Shown here one piece after another: positions 21,108 through 29,794 of a stretch of 64,000 nucleotides of DNA. Made by a program: the position numbers and the translations under genes. Source of the DNA: a virus. Taxonomy: Duplodnaviria; Caudoviricetes. The stretch spans positions 32,001 to 96,000 of the IMG/VR virus record IMGVR_UViG_3300031555_003442. One strand, 5' to 3'. Within the stretch, counting starts at the first letter, position 1, and the number at the start of each line of letters is the position of its first letter. The notes below the pieces were generated by a model. It saw only the letters and a list, made by a program, of their open reading frames with translations, had not been told where the DNA came from and made no database searches.

Positions 21108-21255
21108 GATATACGTGACTGCGGAAACTTCCACCTCAGCCCTGGAATGCGACCGCATGTTCTTCCCAGAGTTCATCGAGTTGAGTAATTATGTCATCGA
21201 CAAGATGAAATCCCGTCGAAGAGTGAATAAAAGCAACGAAGTGACCTACGGATAA
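21052..21255 (+). CDS. gp51-C-terminus-like ORF in the +1 frame with no ATG at its 5' end (frameshift extension or GTG start)
   Basis: ...YKLESLRKRKIYVTAETSTSALECDRMFFPEFIELSNYVIDKMKSRR...; fills the gap up to a terminator. Confidence 0.5.
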   Translation, partial: FGILHSFPRYKLESLRKRKIYVTAETSTSALECDRMFFPEFIELSNYVIDKMKSRRRVNKSNEVTYG

Positions 21256-21274
21256 GCCCGTAGGCTTTCTTTTT
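21245..21274 (+). terminator. intrinsic terminator
   Basis: CCTACGG-ataagc-CCGTAGG followed by CTTTCTTTTT. Confidence 0.7.
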
Positions 21275-21286
21275 ATGGCTCCGAGG

Positions 21287-21296
21287 TATAAACTAT
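21287..21296 (+). promoter_or_regulatory. putative late promoter TATAAACTAT
   Basis: Recurrent motif upstream of the operon containing the neck gene. Confidence 0.6.
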
Positions 21297-21321
21297 TGTT
21301 AGTTCATTACTGAGGAGTAAT

Positions 21322-22029
21322 ATGAATCCGTACAAGATTTTTGTGGAATCAATGCAGGAAGCAGGCATTGACCCGACTACGATTGAAGCGGTGACTGCCA
21401 TCCACAACGTCATTTATGAGGCAGCAGAAAAGGACTCCGATGACGCTGACGACGACAAGGAAGACGATAAGGAAGAACCAAAGGAAGAGGAACTTGAAGC
21501 CCCCGAGGCGGAGCCCGATGTGCCCCCTGAGGAAAACCTTGATGATGGCCCCGAGGATAACCTTCCTGAGGATTTCACACCCGAGGAAACCCCGTCCGAG
21601 GCGGAAGACGAGCCGAATGCTGACGAAGGTTCCAAGGCTATCATGTACAATATCCTTACCCTCATGAATGCCAAGCAGAGCGCCTACCAGCAATATCACT
21701 GGAACGCTGAAAGCAAGGCTCTCCACGAGAAGGCACAGGATTGCTACGAGCTCTACCAGTCGACCAAGGACAAGGTTGCCGAGACGTTGCAGGCTACGTT
21801 CAACGAGGACATCGATTTCAAGGTATGGTCTGGAAAGATTCCGAACCTGACCGACAGGAACGCCTTCGTCGCATCCGTCGACGAAGACCTCGACAAGATT
21901 TCCGAGTTCCGTTCTCAGCTCGAACACTTCGAGACATTCGGACTTAACGGAACGCTCGACAGTTTCATTGACGAGTTGACTGCAATCAAGTATCACCTCA
22001 TCCGTTTCTTCGAAAACAAGAACGAGTAA
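21322..22029 (+). CDS. Dps/ferritin-like domain protein with an acidic linker
   Basis: QQYHWNAESKALHEKAQDCYE...DKVAETLQ matches the Dps-like HW...H....Y......D...E pattern. Confidence 0.55.
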   Translation: MNPYKIFVESMQEAGIDPTTIEAVTAIHNVIYEAAEKDSDDADDDKEDDKEEPKEEELEAPEAEPDVPPEENLDDGPEDNLPEDFTPEETPSEAEDEPNADEGSKAIMYNILTLMNAKQSAYQQYHWNAESKALHEKAQDCYELYQSTKDKVAETLQATFNEDIDFKVWSGKIPNLTDRNAFVASVDEDLDKISEFRSQLEHFETFGLNGTLDSFIDELTAIKYHLIRFFENKNE

Positions 22030-22034
22030 CCAAT

Positions 22035-22559
22035 ATGACAGATATTCTTGACAAAGCGGCATTGTTCTATGACAGCATCGACAAGCTTGGACTGACCGAG
22101 GCCCAATCAGCCGTCGTGTCCGCCTTGTTCGAAGAATGTTTCAAACATCCTGAGGCGAACTTCATCTACTACACTTCGGTGTACCCGCAGCAGTTCTTCA
22201 CGTTCAGGGGAATCGAAAAGATATACGCCCGTACCCCGCATCTCGTAAACAGGTACACTTACTGGCTCCACAACGAGCTGGTAAACGGAAGGATACAGCG
22301 ATTCGACTCCAAGCAGGCGTTGAAGGAGTTTATCCTCGCCAACCTGGAAATGTACTACACTCCCGAGTTCGGAATCAATGCCGAGCAACTCAACTCGACA
22401 AAGGATTTCAATATCGGTATCCGTCATTCGAGTGAAGGCGGTATCAAAGACCGAATCGAGGTTACGTCCGCACATACGGGAAAACCATTGTTCAACATCA
22501 CTTTGACAACGGGTGACCAGGAAATGTATTCCAGACTCCCGATGAGGAATATAGCATAA
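22035..22559 (+). CDS. hypothetical late protein
   Basis: 174 aa; carries the shared N-terminal motif. Confidence 0.7.
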   Translation: MTDILDKAALFYDSIDKLGLTEAQSAVVSALFEECFKHPEANFIYYTSVYPQQFFTFRGIEKIYARTPHLVNRYTYWLHNELVNGRIQRFDSKQALKEFILANLEMYYTPEFGINAEQLNSTKDFNIGIRHSSEGGIKDRIEVTSAHTGKPLFNITLTTGDQEMYSRLPMRNIA

Positions 22560-23359
22560 TGCGTAGGAATCCTGAAATTTTCAGCTTGCCGCCAGACCCG
22601 CTGCCAACCATGTGGATGACCCGTGACGACATGACGGAGTACATCAAGGCTAGGCTCGGTTATCCTGCAACGGAAATCGAGATGGAAGTCGAGAACAGGA
22701 ACGGCCTTGGCCACATCGCCATGGCTATCCAGGACTCTCTCGACTACTTCTACCGCTACATGCAGTCCGAGGCGACTTACAGCGATTACATGATTATCCG
22801 TCTGAAACAGGGTATCATGGAATACAGGGTTCCAGACAATGTGTACCAGCTGGTGGACTTGAACCCGAGCTACGGCAACACGTTCAGCCCGATGATGGCA
22901 TGGGACGTTGGCCCAGGTGAATCCCTTATGGGTGTGGGCGGTGCTGGCCTCGGTGGTCTGGGACAGTTCGACCTTATCACCTATGCAGGCGCCCTCAGGT
23001 ATCTGCAAGATGTTAAGAAACTCGTCGGTACCCAGTACAGCGTTAAGTTGCACCCAGTCGAACACCGTATGCGTGTCTACCCGACACCGAAGACGGACAG
23101 GAACGCCATTGCAAGGGTGTACTTGAAGGCCAAGCAGGCCGAAGTGTTCGCCAACCCGCTGTTCAGGGACTTCGTTGTGTCCCGTGCAGGCATGCAGCTT
23201 GGTATCATCCTTATGAAGGATACGGTCACTCTCCCAGGTGGCGGAACGGTGAACGGACAGACGATTTACACTACTTGGAAGGAAATCAACGACAAGAAGC
23301 TCGAAGAAATCAAGAACGAGGCGGCAAGACCGTTCATGATGACTGACTTGTCGAACTAA
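22559..23359 (+). CDS. neck protein (gp13-like)
   Basis: EYIKARLGYPATEIE, IQDSLDYF, TLPGGGTVNGQTIY. Confidence 0.85.
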   Translation: MRRNPEIFSLPPDPLPTMWMTRDDMTEYIKARLGYPATEIEMEVENRNGLGHIAMAIQDSLDYFYRYMQSEATYSDYMIIRLKQGIMEYRVPDNVYQLVDLNPSYGNTFSPMMAWDVGPGESLMGVGGAGLGGLGQFDLITYAGALRYLQDVKKLVGTQYSVKLHPVEHRMRVYPTPKTDRNAIARVYLKAKQAEVFANPLFRDFVVSRAGMQLGIILMKDTVTLPGGGTVNGQTIYTTWKEINDKKLEEIKNEAARPFMMTDLSN

Positions 23360-23402
23360 CACTTGACGGTCGTGATGTTTTTATCTAAATTAGGAGGACG
23401 AC

Positions 23403-23627
23403 ATGACAAAGAAACATAAAAATACGGAATCTGTTTCCGCTCAGGAAAGCGACCTCCGTGTAAAGGAAGCTACGGTCATGGCAGGGCCGTCTAAGACGAC
23501 GGTTGATGCTCAGGCCGCTCCCCTGAAGAAGAAACGCATCAGGCACCGCCAGACAGTGAAGCTTCACAACAAGAAGCTTTCCGTGTCTGTCATTTGTGCG
23601 AATCCGTATCTGAGGCAGTTCTTGTAA
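23403..23627 (+). CDS. small basic hypothetical protein
   Basis: AGGAGG RBS, 74 aa. Confidence 0.65.
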   Translation: MTKKHKNTESVSAQESDLRVKEATVMAGPSKTTVDAQAAPLKKKRIRHRQTVKLHNKKLSVSVICANPYLRQFL

Positions 23628-23636
23628 GGAAGTGTT

Positions 23637-24122
23637 ATGACAGATGAAATTAAAGCCAAACTGGTCTCCCGTTTGAAGGAATTCTTTACATTCCTCTTTT
23701 GGGCCGATGCCGAGCAAGTGAAAATCATGATGAAAGTCCTTAACGAGACTGCTATCATGATAAGGGTTCTTATGCCATACATGGGATGGAACACTGAAAT
23801 ACGGACGACAATTAACGGAGACCTCAATCAGCTTCTCAGCGATGAATACCGTGGTAGCGAGGACCTGGGTGGTGCGTTCGACATTGTCCCGTTCATGAGC
23901 GAAACTAAGATACTGGTGTCTACGGCGACCACATACAATGGAAAGCCGATTTCCGCCGAGTATACTATTAAGCCATTGGATGGGGCTGGTATGAGCAAGC
24001 TTGTTAACCAGACTTTCAAACAGTTTGAGGACAAGGTTCGTCGGGACATCTACGACATGAAGAAGGCGGGAACCTTCGTTGACGACTCTATCGAGGCCAA
24101 GGATTCTTGGGAAACTGTATAA
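23637..24122 (+). CDS. hypothetical protein
   Basis: 161 aa, AAGGA RBS. Confidence 0.7.
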   Translation: MTDEIKAKLVSRLKEFFTFLFWADAEQVKIMMKVLNETAIMIRVLMPYMGWNTEIRTTINGDLNQLLSDEYRGSEDLGGAFDIVPFMSETKILVSTATTYNGKPISAEYTIKPLDGAGMSKLVNQTFKQFEDKVRRDIYDMKKAGTFVDDSIEAKDSWETV

Positions 24123-24127
24123 ACTAA
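24118..24127 (+). promoter_or_regulatory. putative late promoter TATAAACTAA
   Basis: Recurrent motif. Confidence 0.45.
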
Positions 24128-24174
24128 ATTTGATTGAGGTACTTTTTATGGGAAGCGAAGTCTAGGGTAGAATT

Positions 24175-24567
24175 ATGGGAGTCGAGAGTGCATTGCCGAG
24201 CATGATAGTCTCTGGTAACGTAATTGGTTACAGCGACCACAATGAAAACCTCTATAAGGAACGTGATGTCATAGGGGAGTTCAACCGTCGTGCAATCAAC
24301 GCTCCTGGCTATGGCTACAACGACATCCTTGCTACGATAGAAAAGTTCAAGCAGAACCACAGCTACGAGTTCGAGCCGCTTACCGAAAGAGACCGTAAGG
24401 AAATCTGTTCTTCAAGCGTTAGCACCCCTACTGGAAGCCTGTCGACGATTGTCGAGAAGGGTCCGTGCGGAACTTCCGTAACTACGGTGAAAAATCCTGC
24501 CGAACCTATGGATTCCGATGTGGCGAATGCGATGGCCATGCTGAAAGACTGCATACTACAAGGATAG
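24175..24567 (+). CDS. hypothetical protein
   Basis: 130-aa ORF fitting the gene tiling. Confidence 0.65.
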   Translation: MGVESALPSMIVSGNVIGYSDHNENLYKERDVIGEFNRRAINAPGYGYNDILATIEKFKQNHSYEFEPLTERDRKEICSSSVSTPTGSLSTIVEKGPCGTSVTTVKNPAEPMDSDVANAMAMLKDCILQG

Positions 24568-24571
24568 AATC

Positions 24572-24826
24572 ATGAAACAAATATACCTAAAAATAAGCGA
24601 CGCTAAGGAAACTCCTTATGCCAGGAAGCTGCGGATAGCGGAGACCGAGAACGGTCGGAAGCTGAGATGCAGAGTGGTTCAGTCAAAAAAGAAATACAAG
24701 AGAAGTCGGGAAATTCCCGACTTTAATTTTTTGTATATAAAAGGCTTGCAAGTGTATCTAAAATTTATTATATTTCCTTACAAACAAGAAAGGAATGGTA
24801 CACATATATGCAAAAATTCTGGATAA
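24572..24826 (+). CDS. ArfA-like alternative ribosome rescue factor, probably made from a non-stop mRNA
   Basis: Small basic protein with PYARKLR...RVVQSKKKYKR; intrinsic terminator inside the ORF just after the motif. Confidence 0.5.
   Translation: MKQIYLKISDAKETPYARKLRIAETENGRKLRCRVVQSKKKYKRSREIPDFNFLYIKGLQVYLKFIIFPYKQERNGTHICKNSG
24703..24732 (+). terminator. intrinsic terminator inside the ArfA-like ORF
   Basis: Perfect inverted repeat AAGTCGGGAA-a-TTCCCGACTT followed by TAATTTTTT. Confidence 0.75.
24746..24774 (+). promoter_or_regulatory. sigma70-type promoter TTGCAA-17-TATATT
   Basis: Same architecture as the other copies. Confidence 0.6.
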
Positions 24827-24859
24827 ATAGACTAGCTGCCGTTCCTGACATGAGGAACT

Positions 24860-25603
24860 ATGATAAAAAAGGAAGTGGTGTATGTAGATAAAAAAGTATT
24901 ATCCGACTCATATAAAACATCACAAACATACATAAGCGCATTAAAGTCAAAACTACAGATGGAGAATACTGGCGCCCTGATAAATGCAATAGTAGGCATG
25001 TGCAAGAAACTGCTAACAAGCGACGACATGGTTAGCAGGCGTAAGTATAACACCTATCGAGACATCGTAATCGGCAATTACTCGCTTTATCTTATCAGAT
25101 TGTACAACAATTACGCAAAACAGTATTCACTAGACGCCAACGAGCTTGTACACCTACCGTATGTGCATTTCGGAACTCTGGTGAAAAATTTCACTCCAGA
25201 AGGCGGCGCATCCTTCAATTCATATATGGTGCTTTGTCTTCATGGTTACATCAAGAAATTCATATCCGAAGATGCACTGGTATACGTCAACCCGTCCAAG
25301 AAGACGACATTGACTTATGTCGAAACCACTAAACAGGGGAAGGACGGCGAAGAAATTGAATACCTGCGTTCGATAGACCCGTACGATGCGGACTCACAGG
25401 GCAAACTGCAATTTGCCTCGAAGCTTCTGGACACGTTCGACCCAGAGATGCAGGAAATATACGGATACCTGGTAACGACCGAGTCGCCCAAGCTGGCGAC
25501 CGATGTATATGCAGAATCCCACAATTGTAGCAAGGAAAAGGCGGTGCTCTTACTGACCCGAATGCGTAGGAAAATACGCTTGGCATGGAGCGCTAAACGC
25601 TAA
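24860..25603 (+). CDS. sigma70-family RNA polymerase sigma factor-like protein
   Basis: Region-2-like LDANELVH...LVKNFTPEGGASFNSY...GYIKKFI; region-4-like AESHNCSKEKAVLLLTRMRRKIR. Confidence 0.55.
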   Translation: MIKKEVVYVDKKVLSDSYKTSQTYISALKSKLQMENTGALINAIVGMCKKLLTSDDMVSRRKYNTYRDIVIGNYSLYLIRLYNNYAKQYSLDANELVHLPYVHFGTLVKNFTPEGGASFNSYMVLCLHGYIKKFISEDALVYVNPSKKTTLTYVETTKQGKDGEEIEYLRSIDPYDADSQGKLQFASKLLDTFDPEMQEIYGYLVTTESPKLATDVYAESHNCSKEKAVLLLTRMRRKIRLAWSAKR

Positions 25604-25618
25604 TTACAGGAGGAATCC

Positions 25619-26425
25619 ATGAGTTTATTCGGTAGCAAAAAACTTCCCAAACCGCCAACATATCCCATTCATGATATGGTGGACGATGCAATCAACGTGA
25701 TAATGGCGTCGAGCTATATCGCAAGGAACCGAGAGTACCTTGAAAAGATGGAAAGGGTCGAGTTCGTCTACACCCCAGAAATGATAGCCAATTCGTTCGC
25801 AAACTATGCTGGGAACAGGTCCTATAAAGTGTATACCTTCGAGGGATTGAGCCTCCTGATATGCACATGTGCCGCCGTATTCACTCTCTATACCAAGAAT
25901 CACAACTTGCATCAAGTGAAGCGTGCCCTGAAATGGATTTTCGACAAGACGCTATACGAGCTTAAGGCGTATAACGATGACTGGGATGCCGTGGACGAGG
26001 AAAAGATTGATGAGTTCTACAAGAAGTTCCCCGAATATCGTGTAAAGGAGTACTACCCGCAGTACATGGAACTTGGCCGCAAGATGATTACATTTGTTCT
26101 CGGCCATGAAATCGGGCACATCATGCTAGGTCACATGGACCGCACCAACGGTATCTCCAACAATGTTTCCCGAAACAACGAACGCTCATGCGACCTGTTC
26201 TCCTGCTCGATTCTGCAAGGTACTGGATTTGGTAGCTCGTTTGCCGAAGGAGCCGTGTTCTTGACGCTTATCTTCTTCTTCATGGACAATACTAAATACC
26301 GAAACCAGCAGTACGGAACCCACCCCGGCCACAAAGACAGGGTTATGAACATGGTTCAGTCCTTCAAGAACGAACTCATGTACGCAAACATCAGTGAAAA
26401 CGATATCATGAATTTAATGAGGTAA
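25619..26425 (+). CDS. M48-like zinc metallopeptidase
   Basis: FVLGHEIGH, NERSCD, THPGHKDR. Confidence 0.75.
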   Translation: MSLFGSKKLPKPPTYPIHDMVDDAINVIMASSYIARNREYLEKMERVEFVYTPEMIANSFANYAGNRSYKVYTFEGLSLLICTCAAVFTLYTKNHNLHQVKRALKWIFDKTLYELKAYNDDWDAVDEEKIDEFYKKFPEYRVKEYYPQYMELGRKMITFVLGHEIGHIMLGHMDRTNGISNNVSRNNERSCDLFSCSILQGTGFGSSFAEGAVFLTLIFFFMDNTKYRNQQYGTHPGHKDRVMNMVQSFKNELMYANISENDIMNLMR

Positions 26426-26429
26426 TGGA

Positions 26430-27449
26430 ATGAGCAAGTTCCTGTATATTTATACCTTCTATTCAACCGACCCGTGCCGTCTACGTAACTTCAACGCTTC
26501 AATCGAGCAGCTTAAAAGTGTCGACCCAGAGGCCGATATATGTGTTGTGGAACAGAACGGTTTGACCGAAATTCCCGAGACGACTTTCCATCACAAGCTC
26601 GATATCGACGATACCAAGTTCCACAAGACGGAACTGCTGAACTACGCTGTCAAGAGTCACCCAGAGTATACGCATTACGTCATGATTGACGCCGACTCCT
26701 GGATTGATGCAGGGGTTGTCGATAACCTCCATGCCCACTGTGATGACGCCCCGCTTGTATTCCCGTACGAGATATGCGTGTACCTTACCGAGGCACAGAC
26801 CCGTCGTAAATGTCGTCATGAAGCGGTTGACATCCCGCTTCGGTATAACTCCGACATTCCAATAACCCGCCAGACGGGCCTCATCAACTGTTTCAGCAAG
26901 GAGACTTATGAGCAGGTCGGTGGGTTCGACGAGGAGTTTGTCGGATGGGGTGCCGAGGACGATGCGTTCGTGTTCAAAATCCGCAGGGTTACTGGAAAGA
27001 GGGAACTTCGCTGCAAGGGCGGTGCCGTTCTTCACCTGTGGCACAAGAAGGCAAACGACCGTTCCTATCTTGAAGGCTTGCAGTACAAGAAGAACAGGGC
27101 TTACTGTTCCCTGATGCGCCGCATGACCGACAATGAATTCAAGAAGTATCTCAACAAGGAACTGACCCTTGATGCGATTTACAAGGATTTTGCCGAGCGT
27201 GGTGGAATCGAGGGCGATGCCGTCCTGAAGGTTGGCCCGAAAGTCAGGCTTAATGTAAATACGTCCATCTACTACGTCCAGTCTCTTACCCCGACGATGA
27301 CTGAATTCCTCACCGAGGTGTTGGCCGAGGACGGACCAGACTATGTCAAGAATTTCGTAAACGCATTTGTGCAGAAAGAACATTCGTACCCCGAAGTCAT
27401 TAAAGAGGTCGAGAGATTCTACGAAAAGAACGGTATCACGAATGATTAG
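26430..27449 (+). CDS. GT-A glycosyltransferase (GT7-C/galactosyltransferase-like)
   Basis: IDAD DxD motif, GGFDEEFVGWGAEDD, HLWH. Confidence 0.8.
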   Translation: MSKFLYIYTFYSTDPCRLRNFNASIEQLKSVDPEADICVVEQNGLTEIPETTFHHKLDIDDTKFHKTELLNYAVKSHPEYTHYVMIDADSWIDAGVVDNLHAHCDDAPLVFPYEICVYLTEAQTRRKCRHEAVDIPLRYNSDIPITRQTGLINCFSKETYEQVGGFDEEFVGWGAEDDAFVFKIRRVTGKRELRCKGGAVLHLWHKKANDRSYLEGLQYKKNRAYCSLMRRMTDNEFKKYLNKELTLDAIYKDFAERGGIEGDAVLKVGPKVRLNVNTSIYYVQSLTPTMTEFLTEVLAEDGPDYVKNFVNAFVQKEHSYPEVIKEVERFYEKNGITND

Positions 27450-28128
27450 TCACTTCCAGAAAAACCTGGCGGGCGGAGACCAGTCCGCCCACAACCAGCT
27501 TGCAATATCCATCGCTTCGGTGCGGCATGACATGAGGTTCCACGAGGACGCCTTCGTCAGCCGCCTCTATGGTTTCTGCGAGGGTGGGAGCCAGTGTTCG
27601 GTATCGTCTATGGAACGCTCGTACCGACGGGTCTACATCAAGTACGATTCCGAGGCGGACTACGTGATTCCGTCTACTTACCGAACAATCGAGTTCGGCG
27701 AGGGGAAGACCTACCTGACTTATCCCGTGAGCGGAGACCACCACAAGCTGTTGCCGAAGGTTGACCAGACCGTGGCCTATGGAAAGGTTCGTTCGGCGGA
27801 GCAGTCCGAGCAATATATAGACACTTTGAGCAAGATTGGTGGCAAAATAGTCCTTGCCAATATAGGAGAAAAAGACTATATTTACAAGATAAAGGACGCT
27901 CTTGATGCACAAGGCATTACGGTCGTCATCCCGACAAACCATTCGTTCCACATGCTCGATACATACCTGCGTTCATCTGCGAGGCTCGTGCATTTTGGTA
28001 ACGGGAACCACGGGATGATGTTCGCCAAGGGATGCCTATACGCATTGGACGGCGTCGAGTTTATCACGGATTGCGACAAGGTTGTTCCAACCGACCTGTC
28101 ACAGTTCATCAAGGAAGAACGGTTATGA
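27442..28128 (+). CDS. hypothetical protein
   Basis: ATG overlapping the upstream stop. Confidence 0.65.
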   Translation: MISHFQKNLAGGDQSAHNQLAISIASVRHDMRFHEDAFVSRLYGFCEGGSQCSVSSMERSYRRVYIKYDSEADYVIPSTYRTIEFGEGKTYLTYPVSGDHHKLLPKVDQTVAYGKVRSAEQSEQYIDTLSKIGGKIVLANIGEKDYIYKIKDALDAQGITVVIPTNHSFHMLDTYLRSSARLVHFGNGNHGMMFAKGCLYALDGVEFITDCDKVVPTDLSQFIKEERL

Positions 28129-28385
28129 GTGAAAAGTGCGACAAGGGTTTAATCCTGAAGATTCATATGGCAGGAAGCGAACCAAACGAGTTCAGGAATG
28201 TCGGCATAGACGTGTACGAGAGCCTGAAACGTGACCTTGCGTCTGGACGCCCTTTCATAGAGTTCTCTACGCTCATCCAGAAGGGTGACGAGAGCTGTAA
28301 CCAAATGGCCCTTATACCGACTATCCACATTCAGAAAATTACGTTGGAAGAACCATCAACCGCCGAAAAGGAAGGGAGAGAGTAA
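28125..28385 (+). CDS. hypothetical protein
   Basis: ATGA overlap with the upstream gene. Confidence 0.6.
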   Translation: MSEKCDKGLILKIHMAGSEPNEFRNVGIDVYESLKRDLASGRPFIEFSTLIQKGDESCNQMALIPTIHIQKITLEEPSTAEKEGRE

Positions 28386-28386
28386 A

Positions 28387-29436
28387 ATGGACGAGCTCGA
28401 TTTGCTTACAGGAGACATTCCAGAAGAGGAAAAAAGAAGTATCCCAGTAGCCAAGGGTGGATACGAAATGTGGGTGGTTAAACATCAGCCGCTTACCGTT
28501 GACAAAATGGTTCTTCCAGCAAGTATCAGGAATAAGGTCGAGACTGCGTTGCAGCTCAATGCGTTTGGACATTATGTGTTCTACTCGACTGCATCTGGAA
28601 CTGGTAAGACTACACTATCAAAGGCGATTCCTACTACTCTTGGAACTTCCTTTAAGTTCTTCTCCGCACGTGAACAGTCAGACATTTTCACTGGCATTGA
28701 AAGCTATGCTGCTCTGGCATGCCCGAATGGTCTACCGAGGTTCGTTGTTCTCGATGAGGCTGACCATCCGAACAGACCCGAGGAATTTTACAGAAAGCTG
28801 CAAGGTCTTATCGAAGATACCCAGAGTACAATTCGTTTCATTTTGACGTGCAACGCTTTCCATCGCCTGCCAGACGCAATCGCTTCACGGTGTTTTGCTG
28901 TATCGTTTGACTACCCCAAGGACGACAGGGACGTGAAGAATGCAATGTACAAGAAAATGATGGAAATCGCACAGGAAGAGACTGCTCCTTACAATGGTAC
29001 TGTTGACAAGAACACTGTGGCTGAAATCGTTGAGAAGTGCTACCCAGACATGCGACTGATGACATCAACGATGTTCAACAACTTCCTTGAAAACCGTTGT
29101 TCAATCAAGGGTCAAATCACGGTTGTTACCACCGAGTACACGAACAAGTTGGTAGAGTTTGTGCTTGCTGGTGACGACATGGGTGCCCGTAAGTTTGTCC
29201 TTGACAACTATGTTGACTTTGATAGCCTGTTCCACAAATTTGCCGACATCATCATTGAGAAGAATATCCTTCCTCCGATGGCAAGGCTTGAATTCTGTGT
29301 CATTACGGGCCAGTACGAACAGATGAGCGAATTCCAGGTGAACCCTTACACCGTCGTCAACGCTTACATATCCAAGGTTATCCTCTTGTTGTACAAGTAC
29401 GGATTACTTAAGATGGCTCAACCTACGGCAGGCTAG
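28387..29436 (+). CDS. clamp loader large subunit (gp44/RFC-like AAA+)
   Basis: WVVKHQP, SGTGKTT, VLDEAD, FILTCN, SRC, YPDMR. Confidence 0.9.
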   Translation: MDELDLLTGDIPEEEKRSIPVAKGGYEMWVVKHQPLTVDKMVLPASIRNKVETALQLNAFGHYVFYSTASGTGKTTLSKAIPTTLGTSFKFFSAREQSDIFTGIESYAALACPNGLPRFVVLDEADHPNRPEEFYRKLQGLIEDTQSTIRFILTCNAFHRLPDAIASRCFAVSFDYPKDDRDVKNAMYKKMMEIAQEETAPYNGTVDKNTVAEIVEKCYPDMRLMTSTMFNNFLENRCSIKGQITVVTTEYTNKLVEFVLAGDDMGARKFVLDNYVDFDSLFHKFADIIIEKNILPPMARLEFCVITGQYEQMSEFQVNPYTVVNAYISKVILLLYKYGLLKMAQPTAG

Positions 29437-29437
29437 A

Positions 29438-29794
29438 ATGAAATTCAGTGTTTCACAATTTCTTAGAAACCGCATGGCTGGTGTTCCTGTTTCTGTCGAG
29501 GAAGAGGAAGTATTTGAGCCGTTCCTGGTGCAGGTTGCTCTCGAACGTGACCCGAAGGTAGACGACATCCTGCTCCAGACAAATACCCAGAGCTTCTTCC
29601 ATCTTACGAAGAAGCAACAGGCTCACGCATTTGACTGCTTGCATGGAATGCGTTTGAACATGCAGTACAATCCTACAAGAGGAAAGCGTGTTGCCGAAAT
29701 CAAGGCGGAAATCTCTGCATACATGAAAGAATTTGGTATGGATTACAACTCTGCCAAGGCGATAGTGCTTGAAAAAGTTGGAATGAAACTATGA
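29438..29794 (+). CDS. clamp loader small subunit (gp62-like)
   Basis: Directly after the gp44-like gene; FEPFLVQVAL pattern and size. Confidence 0.6.
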   Translation: MKFSVSQFLRNRMAGVPVSVEEEEVFEPFLVQVALERDPKVDDILLQTNTQSFFHLTKKQQAHAFDCLHGMRLNMQYNPTRGKRVAEIKAEISAYMKEFGMDYNSAKAIVLEKVGMKL

